Positions 26,653-36,602 of a stretch of DNA of 64,000 bases are shown here, piece by piece (within the stretch, counting starts at the first letter, position 1; each line of letters opens with the position of its first letter). A program made the position numbers and the translations under genes. This DNA is from an uncultured Rhodospirillales bacterium (GTDB lineage Bacteria; Pseudomonadota; Alphaproteobacteria; Acetobacterales; Acetobacteraceae). The DNA lies in NCBI GenBank assembly GCA_903928895.1, contig CAIYSR010000001.1:1-64000 (forward strand), in the 5' to 3' direction. The notes under the pieces were generated by a model. The model was not told where the DNA came from, searched no databases, and saw only the letters and a program-made list of their open reading frames with translations.

Positions 26653-28938
26653 ATGGACGAGGATTTTCGCAAGGCCGCACTTGATTACCATCGCCTGCCG
26701 CGGCCGGGGAAGCTTGCGATCGAGCCGACCAAGCGGATGGCGACGCAGCGGGACCTGGCGCTCGCCTATTCGCCGGGTGTGGCGGCGGCGTGCCTCGAGA
26801 TCGTGGCGAACCCCGATGCGGCGATGGAGTATACGGCGCGGGGCAATCTGGTCGCAGTGATTTCCAACGGCACGGCGGTGCTGGGGTTGGGCAATATCGG
26901 GGCGCTGGCGGGCAAGCCGGTGATGGAGGGCAAGGCGGTCCTGTTCAAGAAGTTCGCCGGCATCGATGTGTTCGACATCGAGGTGGACGAGCAGGACCCG
27001 GACAAGTTCTGCGATGTGGTGGCGGCGCTGGAGCCGACGTTCGGGGCGATCAATCTCGAGGACATCAAGGCGCCCGAGTGCTTCTACGTCGAGGACAAGC
27101 TGCGCGCCCGGATGGGCATCCCGGTGTTCCATGACGACCAGCACGGCACGGCGATCACGGTGGCGGCGGCGGTGCGCAACGGGCTGGTTTTGCAGGGCAA
27201 GAAACTGGAGGACATCAAGCTGGTGACCTCGGGGGCGGGGGCGGCGGCGATGGCGTGCGTCGATCTGCTCGTTGCCATGGGACTCAAGGCCCAGAATGTG
27301 TGGCTGACCGACAAGGACGGGGTGGTGTACCTTGGCCGGCCGGGGCTGGACGCGCGGATGGGGCGCTATGCCCGGGAAACGGAAGCGCGGACGCTCGACC
27401 AGGTGCTGGACGGGGCCGACGTGTTCATGGGGTTGTCGGCGCCACGGGTGCTGAAGGCGGAGTGGCTGGGCAAGTTCGCGCCCCGGCCGATCATCCTGGC
27501 CTTGGCCAATCCGGAGCCGGAGATCCTGCCCGAGGCGGTCCGCGCGATGCGGCCGGATGCGATCGTGGCGACGGGGCGCAGCGATTATCCCAACCAGGTC
27601 AACAACGTGTTGTGTTTCCCGTTTATTTTCCGAGGTGCGCTGGACGCCGGCGCGGTGACGATCAACGAGGCGATGAAGCTCGCGGCGGTGGAGGCGATCG
27701 CGGAGCTGGCGCGGGTGGAGGCCTCCGAGGTCGTGGCGGCGGCGTATGGCGGGGCCGCGCCGGTATTTGGGCATGAGTATATCATTCCCAAGCCGTTCGA
27801 TCCGCGGCTGATTTTGCAGATCGCGCCGGCGGTGGCGAAGGCGGCGATGGCAAGCGGCGTCGCGCGGCGGCCGATCGCGGATTTCGAGGCCTACCGGCAT
27901 GATCTGGAGCGGTTCGTATTCCGCTCCGGCCAGCTCATGCGCCCCGTGTTCGAGGCGGCGGCGAAGGCGAAGGGCGGGGGCGCGCGGATCGTCTATGCCG
28001 AGGGCGAGGACGAGCGGGTGCTGCGGGCAGCGCAGACGCTGGTCGATGACGGGATCGCCGAGCCGATCCTGCTCGGCCGGCGCGAAGTGATCGAGGCACG
28101 GGTGCGCGAGATGGGTTTGCGGATGGACCTGGAGGGCAGCGTGCGCGTGCTGGACCCCGAAGTCGATGACAGCGTGTTCGCGCCGCTGGTGGCGGAGTAT
28201 CAGGACATGGTCGGGCGCAAGGGGGTGCCGCCGGTCGCAGCCTCGAAGCGGCTGCGCACGCGCAACACGGTGGCGGCCTCGATGATGCTGCATGCCGGGT
28301 TGGCCGATGCGGCGATCTGCGGCGGCAACGGCGACTGGTGGCGGCAGATGACCTATGCGATGCCAATCATTCCCAAGCGGGCCGATGTGTCGCGGATCTA
28401 TGCGCTTTCGTGCCTGATCCTACCGGCCGGGGCGCTGTTCATCTGCGATACCTACATGAATGTCGATCCGACGGCCGAGCAGGTGTGTGAGATGACGCTG
28501 TTGGCCGCCGATGCGGTGCGCGAGTTCGGGATCCTGCCGAAGGCGGCAATGCTGTCGCATTCGAGTTTCGGCGCATCCAATTCGCCCTCGGCACGCAAGA
28601 TGCGCACGGCGTTGGGGCTGGTACGGGCGCGGGTGCCGGAGCTTGAGATCGACGGAGAGATGCACGCCGACGCGGCGCTGGTGGAAGGGATCCGCGCGCG
28701 GGCGGTGGCTGACAGCCGGTTGGCGGGGACCGCGAACCTGTTGATCATGCCGAACCTGGATGCGGCGAACATCGCGTTCAACCTGCTCAAGGCGGCGGGG
28801 GACGGGTTGCCGGTGGGGCCACTGCTGCTCGGGATGTCCAAGCCGATCCACGTGGTGGTGCCGAGCGTGACGGCGCGGGGGATCCTGAACGTCAGCGCGC
28901 TGGCCGCCCTGGAGGCGCAGGCTCTGCGTCGAGGATAG
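26653..28938 (+). CDS. maeB: NADP-dependent malic enzyme MaeB (malic enzyme fused to a phosphotransacetylase-like domain).
   Basis: Malic-enzyme NAD(P)-binding domain followed by a C-terminal PTA-like domain of about 330 aa. In-frame ATG at 26653. Confidence 0.9.
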   Translation: MDEDFRKAALDYHRLPRPGKLAIEPTKRMATQRDLALAYSPGVAAACLEIVANPDAAMEYTARGNLVAVISNGTAVLGLGNIGALAGKPVMEGKAVLFKKFAGIDVFDIEVDEQDPDKFCDVVAALEPTFGAINLEDIKAPECFYVEDKLRARMGIPVFHDDQHGTAITVAAAVRNGLVLQGKKLEDIKLVTSGAGAAAMACVDLLVAMGLKAQNVWLTDKDGVVYLGRPGLDARMGRYARETEARTLDQVLDGADVFMGLSAPRVLKAEWLGKFAPRPIILALANPEPEILPEAVRAMRPDAIVATGRSDYPNQVNNVLCFPFIFRGALDAGAVTINEAMKLAAVEAIAELARVEASEVVAAAYGGAAPVFGHEYIIPKPFDPRLILQIAPAVAKAAMASGVARRPIADFEAYRHDLERFVFRSGQLMRPVFEAAAKAKGGGARIVYAEGEDERVLRAAQTLVDDGIAEPILLGRREVIEARVREMGLRMDLEGSVRVLDPEVDDSVFAPLVAEYQDMVGRKGVPPVAASKRLRTRNTVAASMMLHAGLADAAICGGNGDWWRQMTYAMPIIPKRADVSRIYALSCLILPAGALFICDTYMNVDPTAEQVCEMTLLAADAVREFGILPKAAMLSHSSFGASNSPSARKMRTALGLVRARVPELEIDGEMHADAALVEGIRARAVADSRLAGTANLLIMPNLDAANIAFNLLKAAGDGLPVGPLLLGMSKPIHVVVPSVTARGILNVSALAALEAQALRRG

Positions 28939-28944
28939 CGCGTC

Positions 28945-29412
28945 ATGTGGGCATTGCTGCTCGGGGTGATTTGTCTGGCCGTGGTGATGGGCGCGCTTGG
29001 GATGTTTTCCCGGGCGCAAATACGCACTTTGAAGTCGCTCGGGATCTGGGTGGCGGCGATCGGCGGGATATTGCTGGCGGCGCTGATGCTGTTCACCGGG
29101 CGGGGAGCGACCGCGATCTGGACGCTGGTGATGCTGGGACCGCTGCTCTGGAGCTGGGTGGTGGAGCGCAAGCCGCCGGGTCTGGGGGGCGGACGAATGG
29201 GCGGGGGAGGCACGGGTGGGTTCGCGCCACCGCCGCGCGGGGCGATGAGCCGGGCGGAGGCCTACGAGGTGCTGGGGTTGAAGCCAGGGGCGGGGGCGGC
29301 CGAGGTCAAGGCGGCGCACCGGCGGCTGATGCTGGGTGCGCATCCGGACCATGGCGGCTCCGACTGGCTGGCGGCGCGGATCAACCAGGCGCGGGATGTG
29401 CTGCTGGGCTGA
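28945..29412 (+). CDS. Membrane protein with a C-terminal J-domain (DnaJ-like).
   Basis: Three TM helices, a Gly-rich linker, then J-domain elements EAYEVLGL...HPDHGG. Confidence 0.7.
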   Translation: MWALLLGVICLAVVMGALGMFSRAQIRTLKSLGIWVAAIGGILLAALMLFTGRGATAIWTLVMLGPLLWSWVVERKPPGLGGGRMGGGGTGGFAPPPRGAMSRAEAYEVLGLKPGAGAAEVKAAHRRLMLGAHPDHGGSDWLAARINQARDVLLG

Positions 29413-29501
29413 TTGATGACGTGTTCGAGTCTGCCGATGTTTAACGTGGGGCGTGCCACAATTCGGCCTATGTGGCATGGTTCTCCCCGATCGACGCCAG
29501 C

Positions 29502-30386
29502 ATGAGGAAAACGAAAGTGACGAAACCGCTTCGCAAGGCTGTCCTGCCCGTGGCCGGGCTGGGGACGCGCTTCCTGCCCGCGACCAAGGCGATGGCCAAG
29601 GAAATGCTGCCGGTGGTGGACAAGCCATTGATCCAGTACGCGGTGGAGGAGGCGCGCGCGGCGGGCGTGCAGCAGTTCTGCCTGGTGACCGGACGCGGCA
29701 AGACCGCGATTGTCGAGCATTTCGATATCGCCTACGAGCTGGAAGCGACGCTGCGGGCGCGGCACAAGGAGGCCGAGCTGCGCATGCTGCGCGAGGCGCA
29801 GCTGCCACCGGGCTCGATCGTGACGGTGCGACAGCAGGAGCCGATGGGGCTCGGCCATGCGATCTGGTGCGCGCGGGCCTTCGTTGGCGACGATCCGTTC
29901 GCGATCCTGCTGCCGGACGATCTCGTGCTGTCCGAAACGCCGTGCACGCAGCAGCTCGCCGAGGCCTATTACCAGACCGGCGGCTGCGTGGTGGCGGTGA
30001 CGGAAGTGCCGCGCGAGCATACCAACCGCTACGGCATCCTCGACATTGGCAAGGACGACGGGCGGCTGGTCGAGGTGAAGGGCCTGGTCGAGAAGCCCAA
30101 GCCGGACGATGCTCCTTCGAACCTGTCGATCATTGGGCGCTACATCCTGACGCCGGAGGTCATGCAATATCTCGGCATGCTGGAGCGCGGTGCCGGCGGT
30201 GAGGTGCAGTTGACCGATGCGATGGCGAAGCTGATCGGGCAGGTGCCGTTCCACGGTCTGCGCTATGAAGGACGGCGCTTCGATTGCGGGGACAAGATCG
30301 GCTTCCTGGAGGCCCAGATCGCCTTCGCCTTGAAGCGGCCGGACATGGCGCCGGCCGTGGCGGCTTTCCTCAAGAATTATGTTTGA
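29502..30386 (+). CDS. galU: UTP--glucose-1-phosphate uridylyltransferase GalU.
   Basis: VLPVAGLGTRFLPATKAMAKEMLPVVDKPLIQY N-terminus. Confidence 0.9.
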   Translation: MRKTKVTKPLRKAVLPVAGLGTRFLPATKAMAKEMLPVVDKPLIQYAVEEARAAGVQQFCLVTGRGKTAIVEHFDIAYELEATLRARHKEAELRMLREAQLPPGSIVTVRQQEPMGLGHAIWCARAFVGDDPFAILLPDDLVLSETPCTQQLAEAYYQTGGCVVAVTEVPREHTNRYGILDIGKDDGRLVEVKGLVEKPKPDDAPSNLSIIGRYILTPEVMQYLGMLERGAGGEVQLTDAMAKLIGQVPFHGLRYEGRRFDCGDKIGFLEAQIAFALKRPDMAPAVAAFLKNYV

Positions 30387-30398
30387 TGGGTCGGTGAC

Positions 30399-31808
30399 AT
30401 GAGCTTCGTTCATAATTTCGACCCGACGGTACTGCGCGAGTACGACATTCGCGGCATCGTGGGGCAGACGCTGCATGAGGCCGATGCGTTCGCGATCGGG
30501 CGCTGTTTCGGCACGGTGGTGTCGCGCAATGGCGGCGCCACGGTTGCGGTCGGCTATGATGGACGGCTGTCCTCGCCGTCGCTGGAGGCGGCATTGGTCG
30601 CCGGGCTGCGCGCGAGCGGGATGGACGTGCTCCGGATCGGGCTTGGGCCGACGCCGATGCTTTATTATGCCGCGACAGTACGCAAGACCGGTGGCGCGGT
30701 GATGCTCACCGGCAGCCATAATCCACCGAACTACAATGGTTTCAAGATGATGCTGGAGGGCAAGCCGTTCTTCGGCACGCAAATCCAGGACATCGGGCGC
30801 ATGGCGGCGGCGGGTGACGTGGTGCCCGAGGCACAGGGCGGGGTCAGCACGATCGATATCTCCGAGGAGTATATCAACCGTGTGGCGCAGGATTGGGATG
30901 GCGGGGATCGGGCGCTGAACATCGTCTGGGACAATGGCAACGGCGCGGCGGGCGCGGTGCTGGAGCGGCTGGTGAAGAAGCTGCCGGGGCATCACACGGT
31001 GCTGTATCCGGAGATCGACGGCACGTTCCCGAACCACCATCCGGATCCGACGGTGCTGAAGAACGTCGAGGCGTTGATCCATGAGGTGCAGGCACGCGGC
31101 GCGGATCTGGGCATCGCCTTTGACGGCGATGCGGACCGGATCGGCGTGGTGGATGACAGCGGGACAATGATGTTCGGCGATCAGTTGCTGGTGGTGCTGG
31201 CGCGCGATGTCCTGAAGACGCATCCGGGCGCGACCATCATCGCCGACGTGAAGGCGAGCCAGGTGCTGTTCGACGAGGTCGGTCTGGCCGGGGGCAAGCC
31301 TTTGATGTGGAAGACCGGGCACAGCTTGATCAAGGCGAAGATGGCCGAGACCGGCTGCCCGCTGGCGGGCGAAATGTCCGGCCATATCTTCTTCAACGAC
31401 AAGTGGTACGGCTTCGACGACGCGCTGTATGCCGGGGTCCGTCTGCTTGGCATCGTGGCGCGGATGGCGGGCAAGCTGTCCGACGTGCGCAAGGCACTCC
31501 CGCAGGTGATCAACACACCGGAGCTGCGGTTCAATTGCGACGATGTGCGCAAGTTCGCGGTGATCGAGGAGGTGGCGGCGCGGCTGCGCCGTGACGGGGC
31601 GACGGTGGCCGAGACCGACGGGGTTCGGGTGTTGACCAAGGATGGCTGGTGGCTGTTGCGCGCCTCCAACACCCAGGCCGTACTGGTGGCGCGGTGCGAG
31701 GCGACGAGCGCGGTCGGGCTTGAGCGGCTGAAGGCGGCACTGGTGGACCAGCTCGCAGCCTCTGGGCTTGAGGCGCCGGACTTCTCAGGGGCCAATTCCG
31801 GGCATTGA
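30399..31808 (+). CDS. Phosphomannomutase / phosphoglucomutase (AlgC/ManB).
   Basis: Active-site motif TGSHNPP, metal-binding motif FDGDADR and sugar-binding motif GEMSGH. Confidence 0.9.
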   Translation: MSFVHNFDPTVLREYDIRGIVGQTLHEADAFAIGRCFGTVVSRNGGATVAVGYDGRLSSPSLEAALVAGLRASGMDVLRIGLGPTPMLYYAATVRKTGGAVMLTGSHNPPNYNGFKMMLEGKPFFGTQIQDIGRMAAAGDVVPEAQGGVSTIDISEEYINRVAQDWDGGDRALNIVWDNGNGAAGAVLERLVKKLPGHHTVLYPEIDGTFPNHHPDPTVLKNVEALIHEVQARGADLGIAFDGDADRIGVVDDSGTMMFGDQLLVVLARDVLKTHPGATIIADVKASQVLFDEVGLAGGKPLMWKTGHSLIKAKMAETGCPLAGEMSGHIFFNDKWYGFDDALYAGVRLLGIVARMAGKLSDVRKALPQVINTPELRFNCDDVRKFAVIEEVAARLRRDGATVAETDGVRVLTKDGWWLLRASNTQAVLVARCEATSAVGLERLKAALVDQLAASGLEAPDFSGANSGH

Positions 31809-31820
31809 ATCCGGGCCGTC

Positions 31821-33062
31821 TCACGTGGATCGGCGGGCTCGGACGGCGATCATGGCGGCGGCGCTGACCGCGGAGGCTGCCATCATCGCGGCCAGGGTCC
31901 AGCGCCAGGCGGCGATGTTGCCGGTGCCGCCGGTATGGGCCAGAACGATGCCGCAGACCCAGGCGCCGATGAAGCTGCCGCTGTTGGTCAGCGTGACCTG
32001 GACCGCGAGCACCGCCCCGCGAGCGCTGGCGGGGGCCTGTGCCATAATGCCGACGGGGAGCGAGCTGGCGTCGGAAAAGATCGTGCTCTGGTAGAGCAAG
32101 GTGAGAGCGAAGACGAGCCAGAGCGGCGCATCGAGGTTAAAGATCAGCAAGGCGCCAGCGGCGACCGAGGAGAAGGCGGCCGCGGCGATGACCCGTTCGC
32201 GGCGGCCTTGGCGTGCGGCGGTCTCGGCGCGGGCGGCGACCCAGGCGGACACCGGCATGGCGAGCGGGCCGGCGACGGCGGAGAGCAATGCGAAGTCGAC
32301 GGCGTTTGCCCAAGCCTCGCCGGTGCGGCCGGCGCAGAAGGCGAGCAGCGCGATCCACCAGACGCGGAAGGCCATGCCCTCCCAGGCATTGCCGGCGCTG
32401 GCCAGGGCATAGAGCAGCACGGCGCGGGTGCGCAGGACCAGACGGAGATTGGCGAACAGGGCGGACAGGCTGGCGCCGAGGCTTTGCCGGCCGGCCATGA
32501 GGAGGGCAACCGCAGCAGCCGCACCAAGGCAGGCGATGGCGGCGCCGAGGAAGGCGAATGGCCAGCCTCCGGCCATCCGCAGCAGCGCGGCGGAGGCGAA
32601 GGAGCCGGAGGTACCGAGCGTGAGGCACGAGGTGTAGATCGAGGTGGCGCGGGCGCGGTGCTCCACTGGGACGGCAGCGGCCAGCAAGGTCATGCCCGGG
32701 ATATAGGTGCCGGCCATTCCCAGGCCACTGAGCAGGCGGGCGACCAGCAGCGAGGCATAGCTGTCGCTCAGCAGAGGGAAGCACAAACCGCCGGCGAGGC
32801 CAGCGGCGCAGCCGGCGAGGTAGAGGCGCTTGGGGTCGAAGACATCGGTCAGGACCGAGGCGAGCGGGGAACCGATGGCATAGGAGAGGAAGAAGATACC
32901 GCCCGCGAACCCTGCTTCGGATGGAGTGAGGCCGAGGTCGTGGATGATGCCGGGCAGGACCGCGCCGTAGTTGGAGAAGCCGACCATGTTCAGCAGCAGC
33001 GCTGCGCACATCACCCGGATGGCGCGCTTGCCGAGAGCGGAGCGAGCGGCCGACTTGGTCAC
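31821..33062 (-). CDS. MFS transporter (12 TM), possibly an aromatic-acid transporter.
   Basis: MFS translation. Its GTG start at 33060-33062 overlaps the TGA of the upstream cupin dioxygenase gene (GTGA). An alternative ATG lies at 33011. Confidence 0.7.
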   Translation of the reverse strand: MTKSAARSALGKRAIRVMCAALLLNMVGFSNYGAVLPGIIHDLGLTPSEAGFAGGIFFLSYAIGSPLASVLTDVFDPKRLYLAGCAAGLAGGLCFPLLSDSYASLLVARLLSGLGMAGTYIPGMTLLAAAVPVEHRARATSIYTSCLTLGTSGSFASAALLRMAGGWPFAFLGAAIACLGAAAAVALLMAGRQSLGASLSALFANLRLVLRTRAVLLYALASAGNAWEGMAFRVWWIALLAFCAGRTGEAWANAVDFALLSAVAGPLAMPVSAWVAARAETAARQGRRERVIAAAAFSSVAAGALLIFNLDAPLWLVFALTLLYQSTIFSDASSLPVGIMAQAPASARGAVLAVQVTLTNSGSFIGAWVCGIVLAHTGGTGNIAAWRWTLAAMMAASAVSAAAMIAVRARRST

Positions 33063-34132
33063 GCCGGCCGCTCTTCCTCGCGATAAAGACCAAGGCTGTT
33101 GATGACCGGCAGATCGTTGAACTGGAAGAGGCAGGCATCGTCGCTGGCCGAGGCATTGGCATGCTCGTGCCAGGCCCAGGAGGGGACGACGAAGATATCG
33201 CGCTCGGTCCAGTCGAAGCGCTTTCCGGCGATCACGGAGTGACCGCTGCCCTTGGCGCACTGATAGACCGCGCTGCCGGTATGGCGATGGGCGCGGGTGG
33301 CCTCCCCGGGGCGGAGAAGCTGCATGGCCGCACCGATGGTGGGCATGACCGGACCGCCAGTGAGCGGGTTCATGTAGTGGAGCAGGGCGCCGTCGAAGGG
33401 GGAGCCGGCATTGGTCGCGGCGAAGCGTTGCAGGGCGGCGTAGGTCGGCGCCCATTCGTATTTGAGCAGGGGCGAGTGCGGTTTGGACCAGGTTCCGGTG
33501 GGGCGCAGTGCGGGGCCTGCGAAGCTGGCGGAGGTGTCGTCGACGGGATGGGCGGCGGTCTGGGTGCGGCCTGGGAGGACTTCGAAGAAATTGGCCTCCA
33601 TGGCGTTGACGAGGGGGATGTCGAGCCCGTCCTGCCAGATGCACGTGGTTCCGTCGGGGCCGACGCCATGTTCATGCCACGTGCCGTTGGGGGTGAGCAC
33701 GAAGTCATTCCGGCCGAGCGTAATCTTGTGGCCATCGACGACGGTGTAGGCGCCTTCTCCCTCCATGATGAAGCGCAGGGCCGAGGAGGCGTGGCGGTGG
33801 GAGGAGGCGACCTCGCCGGGGTTCATGACCTGCAGGCCGGTGTAGAGCCAGCCGACGGCGGCGGCAACGTCCCGGCGACCGGGATTGACGAGATAGACCA
33901 CGCGGCGGCCGGCGCGTTCGGGGGTGACGAGGTCGAGCGAGCGCAGCACATGGGCGCGCAGGTCGTTGTAGCGCCACAGCATGGGGACGGAGGCTGAGCT
34001 GGGTTCCCATGGCTCGATCGCGTTGGCGACGTTCCACAGGGCGCCGGTGTCGAGCCGGTCGAGGTCGGCGTAGTAAGCCTCAAGCTCGGGGGTGTCGTCG
34101 ACGTTGGCGCGGCCTTCGATGTTTTCGCGCAT
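33059..34132 (-). CDS. Bicupin ring-cleavage dioxygenase (gentisate 1,2-dioxygenase family).
   Basis: Two cupin domains with His motifs (HRHASSALRF...H, HRHTGSAVYQ...H). Length and motifs are typical of gentisate 1,2-dioxygenase and related 1-hydroxy-2-naphthoate/salicylate dioxygenases. Confidence 0.75.
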   Translation of the reverse strand: MRENIEGRANVDDTPELEAYYADLDRLDTGALWNVANAIEPWEPSSASVPMLWRYNDLRAHVLRSLDLVTPERAGRRVVYLVNPGRRDVAAAVGWLYTGLQVMNPGEVASSHRHASSALRFIMEGEGAYTVVDGHKITLGRNDFVLTPNGTWHEHGVGPDGTTCIWQDGLDIPLVNAMEANFFEVLPGRTQTAAHPVDDTSASFAGPALRPTGTWSKPHSPLLKYEWAPTYAALQRFAATNAGSPFDGALLHYMNPLTGGPVMPTIGAAMQLLRPGEATRAHRHTGSAVYQCAKGSGHSVIAGKRFDWTERDIFVVPSWAWHEHANASASDDACLFQFNDLPVINSLGLYREEERPA

Positions 34133-34231
34133 GGGGCTCCGCTCCTGGTTCCGGGGGGATTTCGGCAGACCGGGGCGGTGTGGTCAAATCACATGGTATC
34201 GGCAGCCGACGGGCCACACGCCGGCATGCGC

Positions 34232-34909
34232 TCAGAGTTGCATGGGACGGAAGTCGGCGGCGACCGCGAAATCGGCTTCCGTGATGCTGCGGATGTTGTC
34301 GACGTTCAGGCCGGGATAGGCCTCGCGAAGGATCAGCCCCTCGGCGGTGACGTCGAACACCGCGTGGTCGGTGACGATGGTCTTGACGCAGTTCCGGCCG
34401 GTCAGCGGCAAAAGCGTACGCTTCTTGATCTTGCTGTGCCCGTGCTTGTCGGTGTGCTGCAAGGCCGCGATGATGCGCGGCACGCCGTGGCAGAGGTCCA
34501 TGCCGCCGCCGATGCCGGGCCACCACTTGCCCTGGCGCTTGTGCGCCCAGTTGGCGAGGTTGCCCTCCTGGTCGACTTCCAGGCCGCCGAGGACGGAGGT
34601 GGCGATATAGCCGTTGCGCATGGCGCCGAGCGAGGTAGCGAGGTCCATGATGGCGGCGCCTGGCAGCAGGGTGACCGGCTCGGTGCTGGCGTTGGAGATG
34701 TCGCTGTCGGCGTCCAGCGTGCCGGGTTTGGGCCCAAAGCCAAAACAGCCGTTCTCGGAGTGGAAGATAACGTTGACGCCGGGTGGCAGGTAGTTGGCCG
34801 TCATCGTCGGGATGCCGATGCCGAGATTGACCACCTCGCCGTCGCGCAATTCCTGGGCGCAGCGGCGGGCGATGATGACGCGGGGGTCCTGGCCGTGGAG
34901 ATGGCTCAT
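34232..34909 (-). CDS. scoB: 3-oxoacid CoA-transferase subunit B.
   Basis: Motif region with the catalytic Glu (...GLEVDQEGNLANW...) and family-I CoA-transferase beta-subunit length. Confidence 0.9.
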   Translation of the reverse strand: MSHLHGQDPRVIIARRCAQELRDGEVVNLGIGIPTMTANYLPPGVNVIFHSENGCFGFGPKPGTLDADSDISNASTEPVTLLPGAAIMDLATSLGAMRNGYIATSVLGGLEVDQEGNLANWAHKRQGKWWPGIGGGMDLCHGVPRIIAALQHTDKHGHSKIKKRTLLPLTGRNCVKTIVTDHAVFDVTAEGLILREAYPGLNVDNIRSITEADFAVAADFRPMQL

Positions 34910-35676
34910 GCCTCCTCTCCCTCGGGCAGCTTGGGCAGCCGGCCCAGCTTGATCCAGTTATCGCGGTAGAGACGGTGCTGTTCCTCGAGCGTGTAGCCCT
35001 GGACGACCGCGTTGACGAAGGGGCCGGGGCAGCCGACCCGCTCGGGCGGGATGGTGCCGACAGGGACGATCTCGTTGACTTCGGCGATCGTGAACTTCCC
35101 GGCCATGGCGATATCCTTCTGGTTCTGGGCGGCCATGTAGCGGAATTCGACGTTGCCGAGCGCGTCGGCACGCCCGCCGCGGATGATGGAGACCTCGGCG
35201 GTCAGCGGTTCCTCGACGAAGAAGGTGCGGCCATTGATCTCGATCGTGCGCTTGGGCTCGGTCATCTCGGGGAAGAGGCCGGGAGCGTCGAGGATGCCGA
35301 CGCCGACCGGCACGAGGCAACCGCCGAGGCCCATGGCTCCGGCGCGCACTTTCTCGGCCCAGGTGCCCATCGGGAAGATCTCCTTGACCCTCATCTGGCC
35401 GGAGAGATAGGCATCCGATGCCTCGGTCGAGGTGGCGACATGGGTGCCGATATATTCCTCGACCAGGCCGGCGGCAAACAGCTTGCCCATCAGGAAGTCA
35501 CCACGCAGGCCGGAGGTGACGGCGATGAGGGTGAGGCGGCCGATCTTATGGGCAACCATATATTCGATGCATCTGGCCGGCTCGCCGGCGCCGACGAACT
35601 CCCCCATCATCAGGCGCGTGCCGGCGGGGACATGGGCCATGGCGGCTTCGAGGGTCATGACTTTATTGATGCTCAT
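34906..35676 (-). CDS. scoA: 3-oxoacid CoA-transferase subunit A.
   Basis: Family-I CoA-transferase alpha subunit. Its stop overlaps the scoB start (ATGA). Start taken at MSINKVMTLEAAMAHV. Confidence 0.9.
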   Translation of the reverse strand: MSINKVMTLEAAMAHVPAGTRLMMGEFVGAGEPARCIEYMVAHKIGRLTLIAVTSGLRGDFLMGKLFAAGLVEEYIGTHVATSTEASDAYLSGQMRVKEIFPMGTWAEKVRAGAMGLGGCLVPVGVGILDAPGLFPEMTEPKRTIEINGRTFFVEEPLTAEVSIIRGGRADALGNVEFRYMAAQNQKDIAMAGKFTIAEVNEIVPVGTIPPERVGCPGPFVNAVVQGYTLEEQHRLYRDNWIKLGRLPKLPEGEEA

Positions 35677-35819
35677 GCCGGGCGTTCCATTAGAGTCGAT
35701 GCTGGTGCGTACCGCGCCGGGCAGCGTGGGGCAAGAGTGGGGCCGGCAGGGATTTAACAATGGGCAAAATCGCGTGGAAATGTGTAAAAGTAGCGTCACT
35801 GCTGGGATGGAGGCCGTTG

Positions 35820-36539
35820 ATGCGTCGTGCCGTGTATGGAGCCGTCGTTGTCTGGAACTTGCTGCTGTCGTTTGGTGCAGGCGCGCAGACGATCAGTGAC
35901 GGGGATTTCTCGAGCGGGTGGTCGAGCTTCTTGCTGACGGTGACGACACCGCTGCCGGCGAGCGACCCGAGCGCGATGTTCGTGTCGACAGTGATCGGGA
36001 GTGGCGGCAATCCGGGCGGATATCTTGATACGGTGCAGGGCTATGCGGGGCCGAACATGGGTATCCATGTGGCGCACATGGATGCGAACGGCACGATCGA
36101 TCCTGCGGCGTTGGGGGGACTCGACGGGCTGACATTCAGCTTTGATGTGAATTTTTTTGACTATCCAGGAAGCCCGCCGGCGCCGTCCTTTGCGGTCGGC
36201 TACAGGCCGCTCGTCGAGCAGGGGGGCGTGTTTTTCGCCGGACCGACGGTGGTGGCGGTCTCGCCGAGTTGGATGTCGTTCGTCGAGCCGACGGCGGCGG
36301 CGAGCGATTTCGTCTCCTTTAACGGTACGAGCGCGCCTGATTTCTCCGCCTCGGGCGGCTTGATCACGGTAGGGTTCGAGACCTGGAATGGTACAGGGGG
36401 GCCGGTGTGGACCTCGACGCACAGCGGGTTGGATAATTTTTCGGTGATCGTGGCTCCCGTTCCAGAGCCGTCGGGGCTGATCGTGCTGGCCGGGGTCGCG
36501 ATGCTTCTGACTCTGCGGCGCTGGGTCTTTACCGGCTGA
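35820..36539 (+). CDS. PEP-CTERM sorting-domain secreted protein, a putative exosortase substrate.
   Basis: N-terminal signal peptide. The C-terminus IVAPVPEPSGLIVLAGVAMLLTLRRW shows the PEP motif, a hydrophobic helix and an Arg cluster. Many N-glycosylation-like NGT and Ser/Thr-rich segments. Confidence 0.75.
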   Translation: MRRAVYGAVVVWNLLLSFGAGAQTISDGDFSSGWSSFLLTVTTPLPASDPSAMFVSTVIGSGGNPGGYLDTVQGYAGPNMGIHVAHMDANGTIDPAALGGLDGLTFSFDVNFFDYPGSPPAPSFAVGYRPLVEQGGVFFAGPTVVAVSPSWMSFVEPTAAASDFVSFNGTSAPDFSASGGLITVGFETWNGTGGPVWTSTHSGLDNFSVIVAPVPEPSGLIVLAGVAMLLTLRRWVFTG

Positions 36540-36602
36540 CGGGACTGTACGGGGGCTGGTCGCCCGCCCCCAGGCACGGCAGAGTGAGCTGCTGCGGCGA
36601 GG

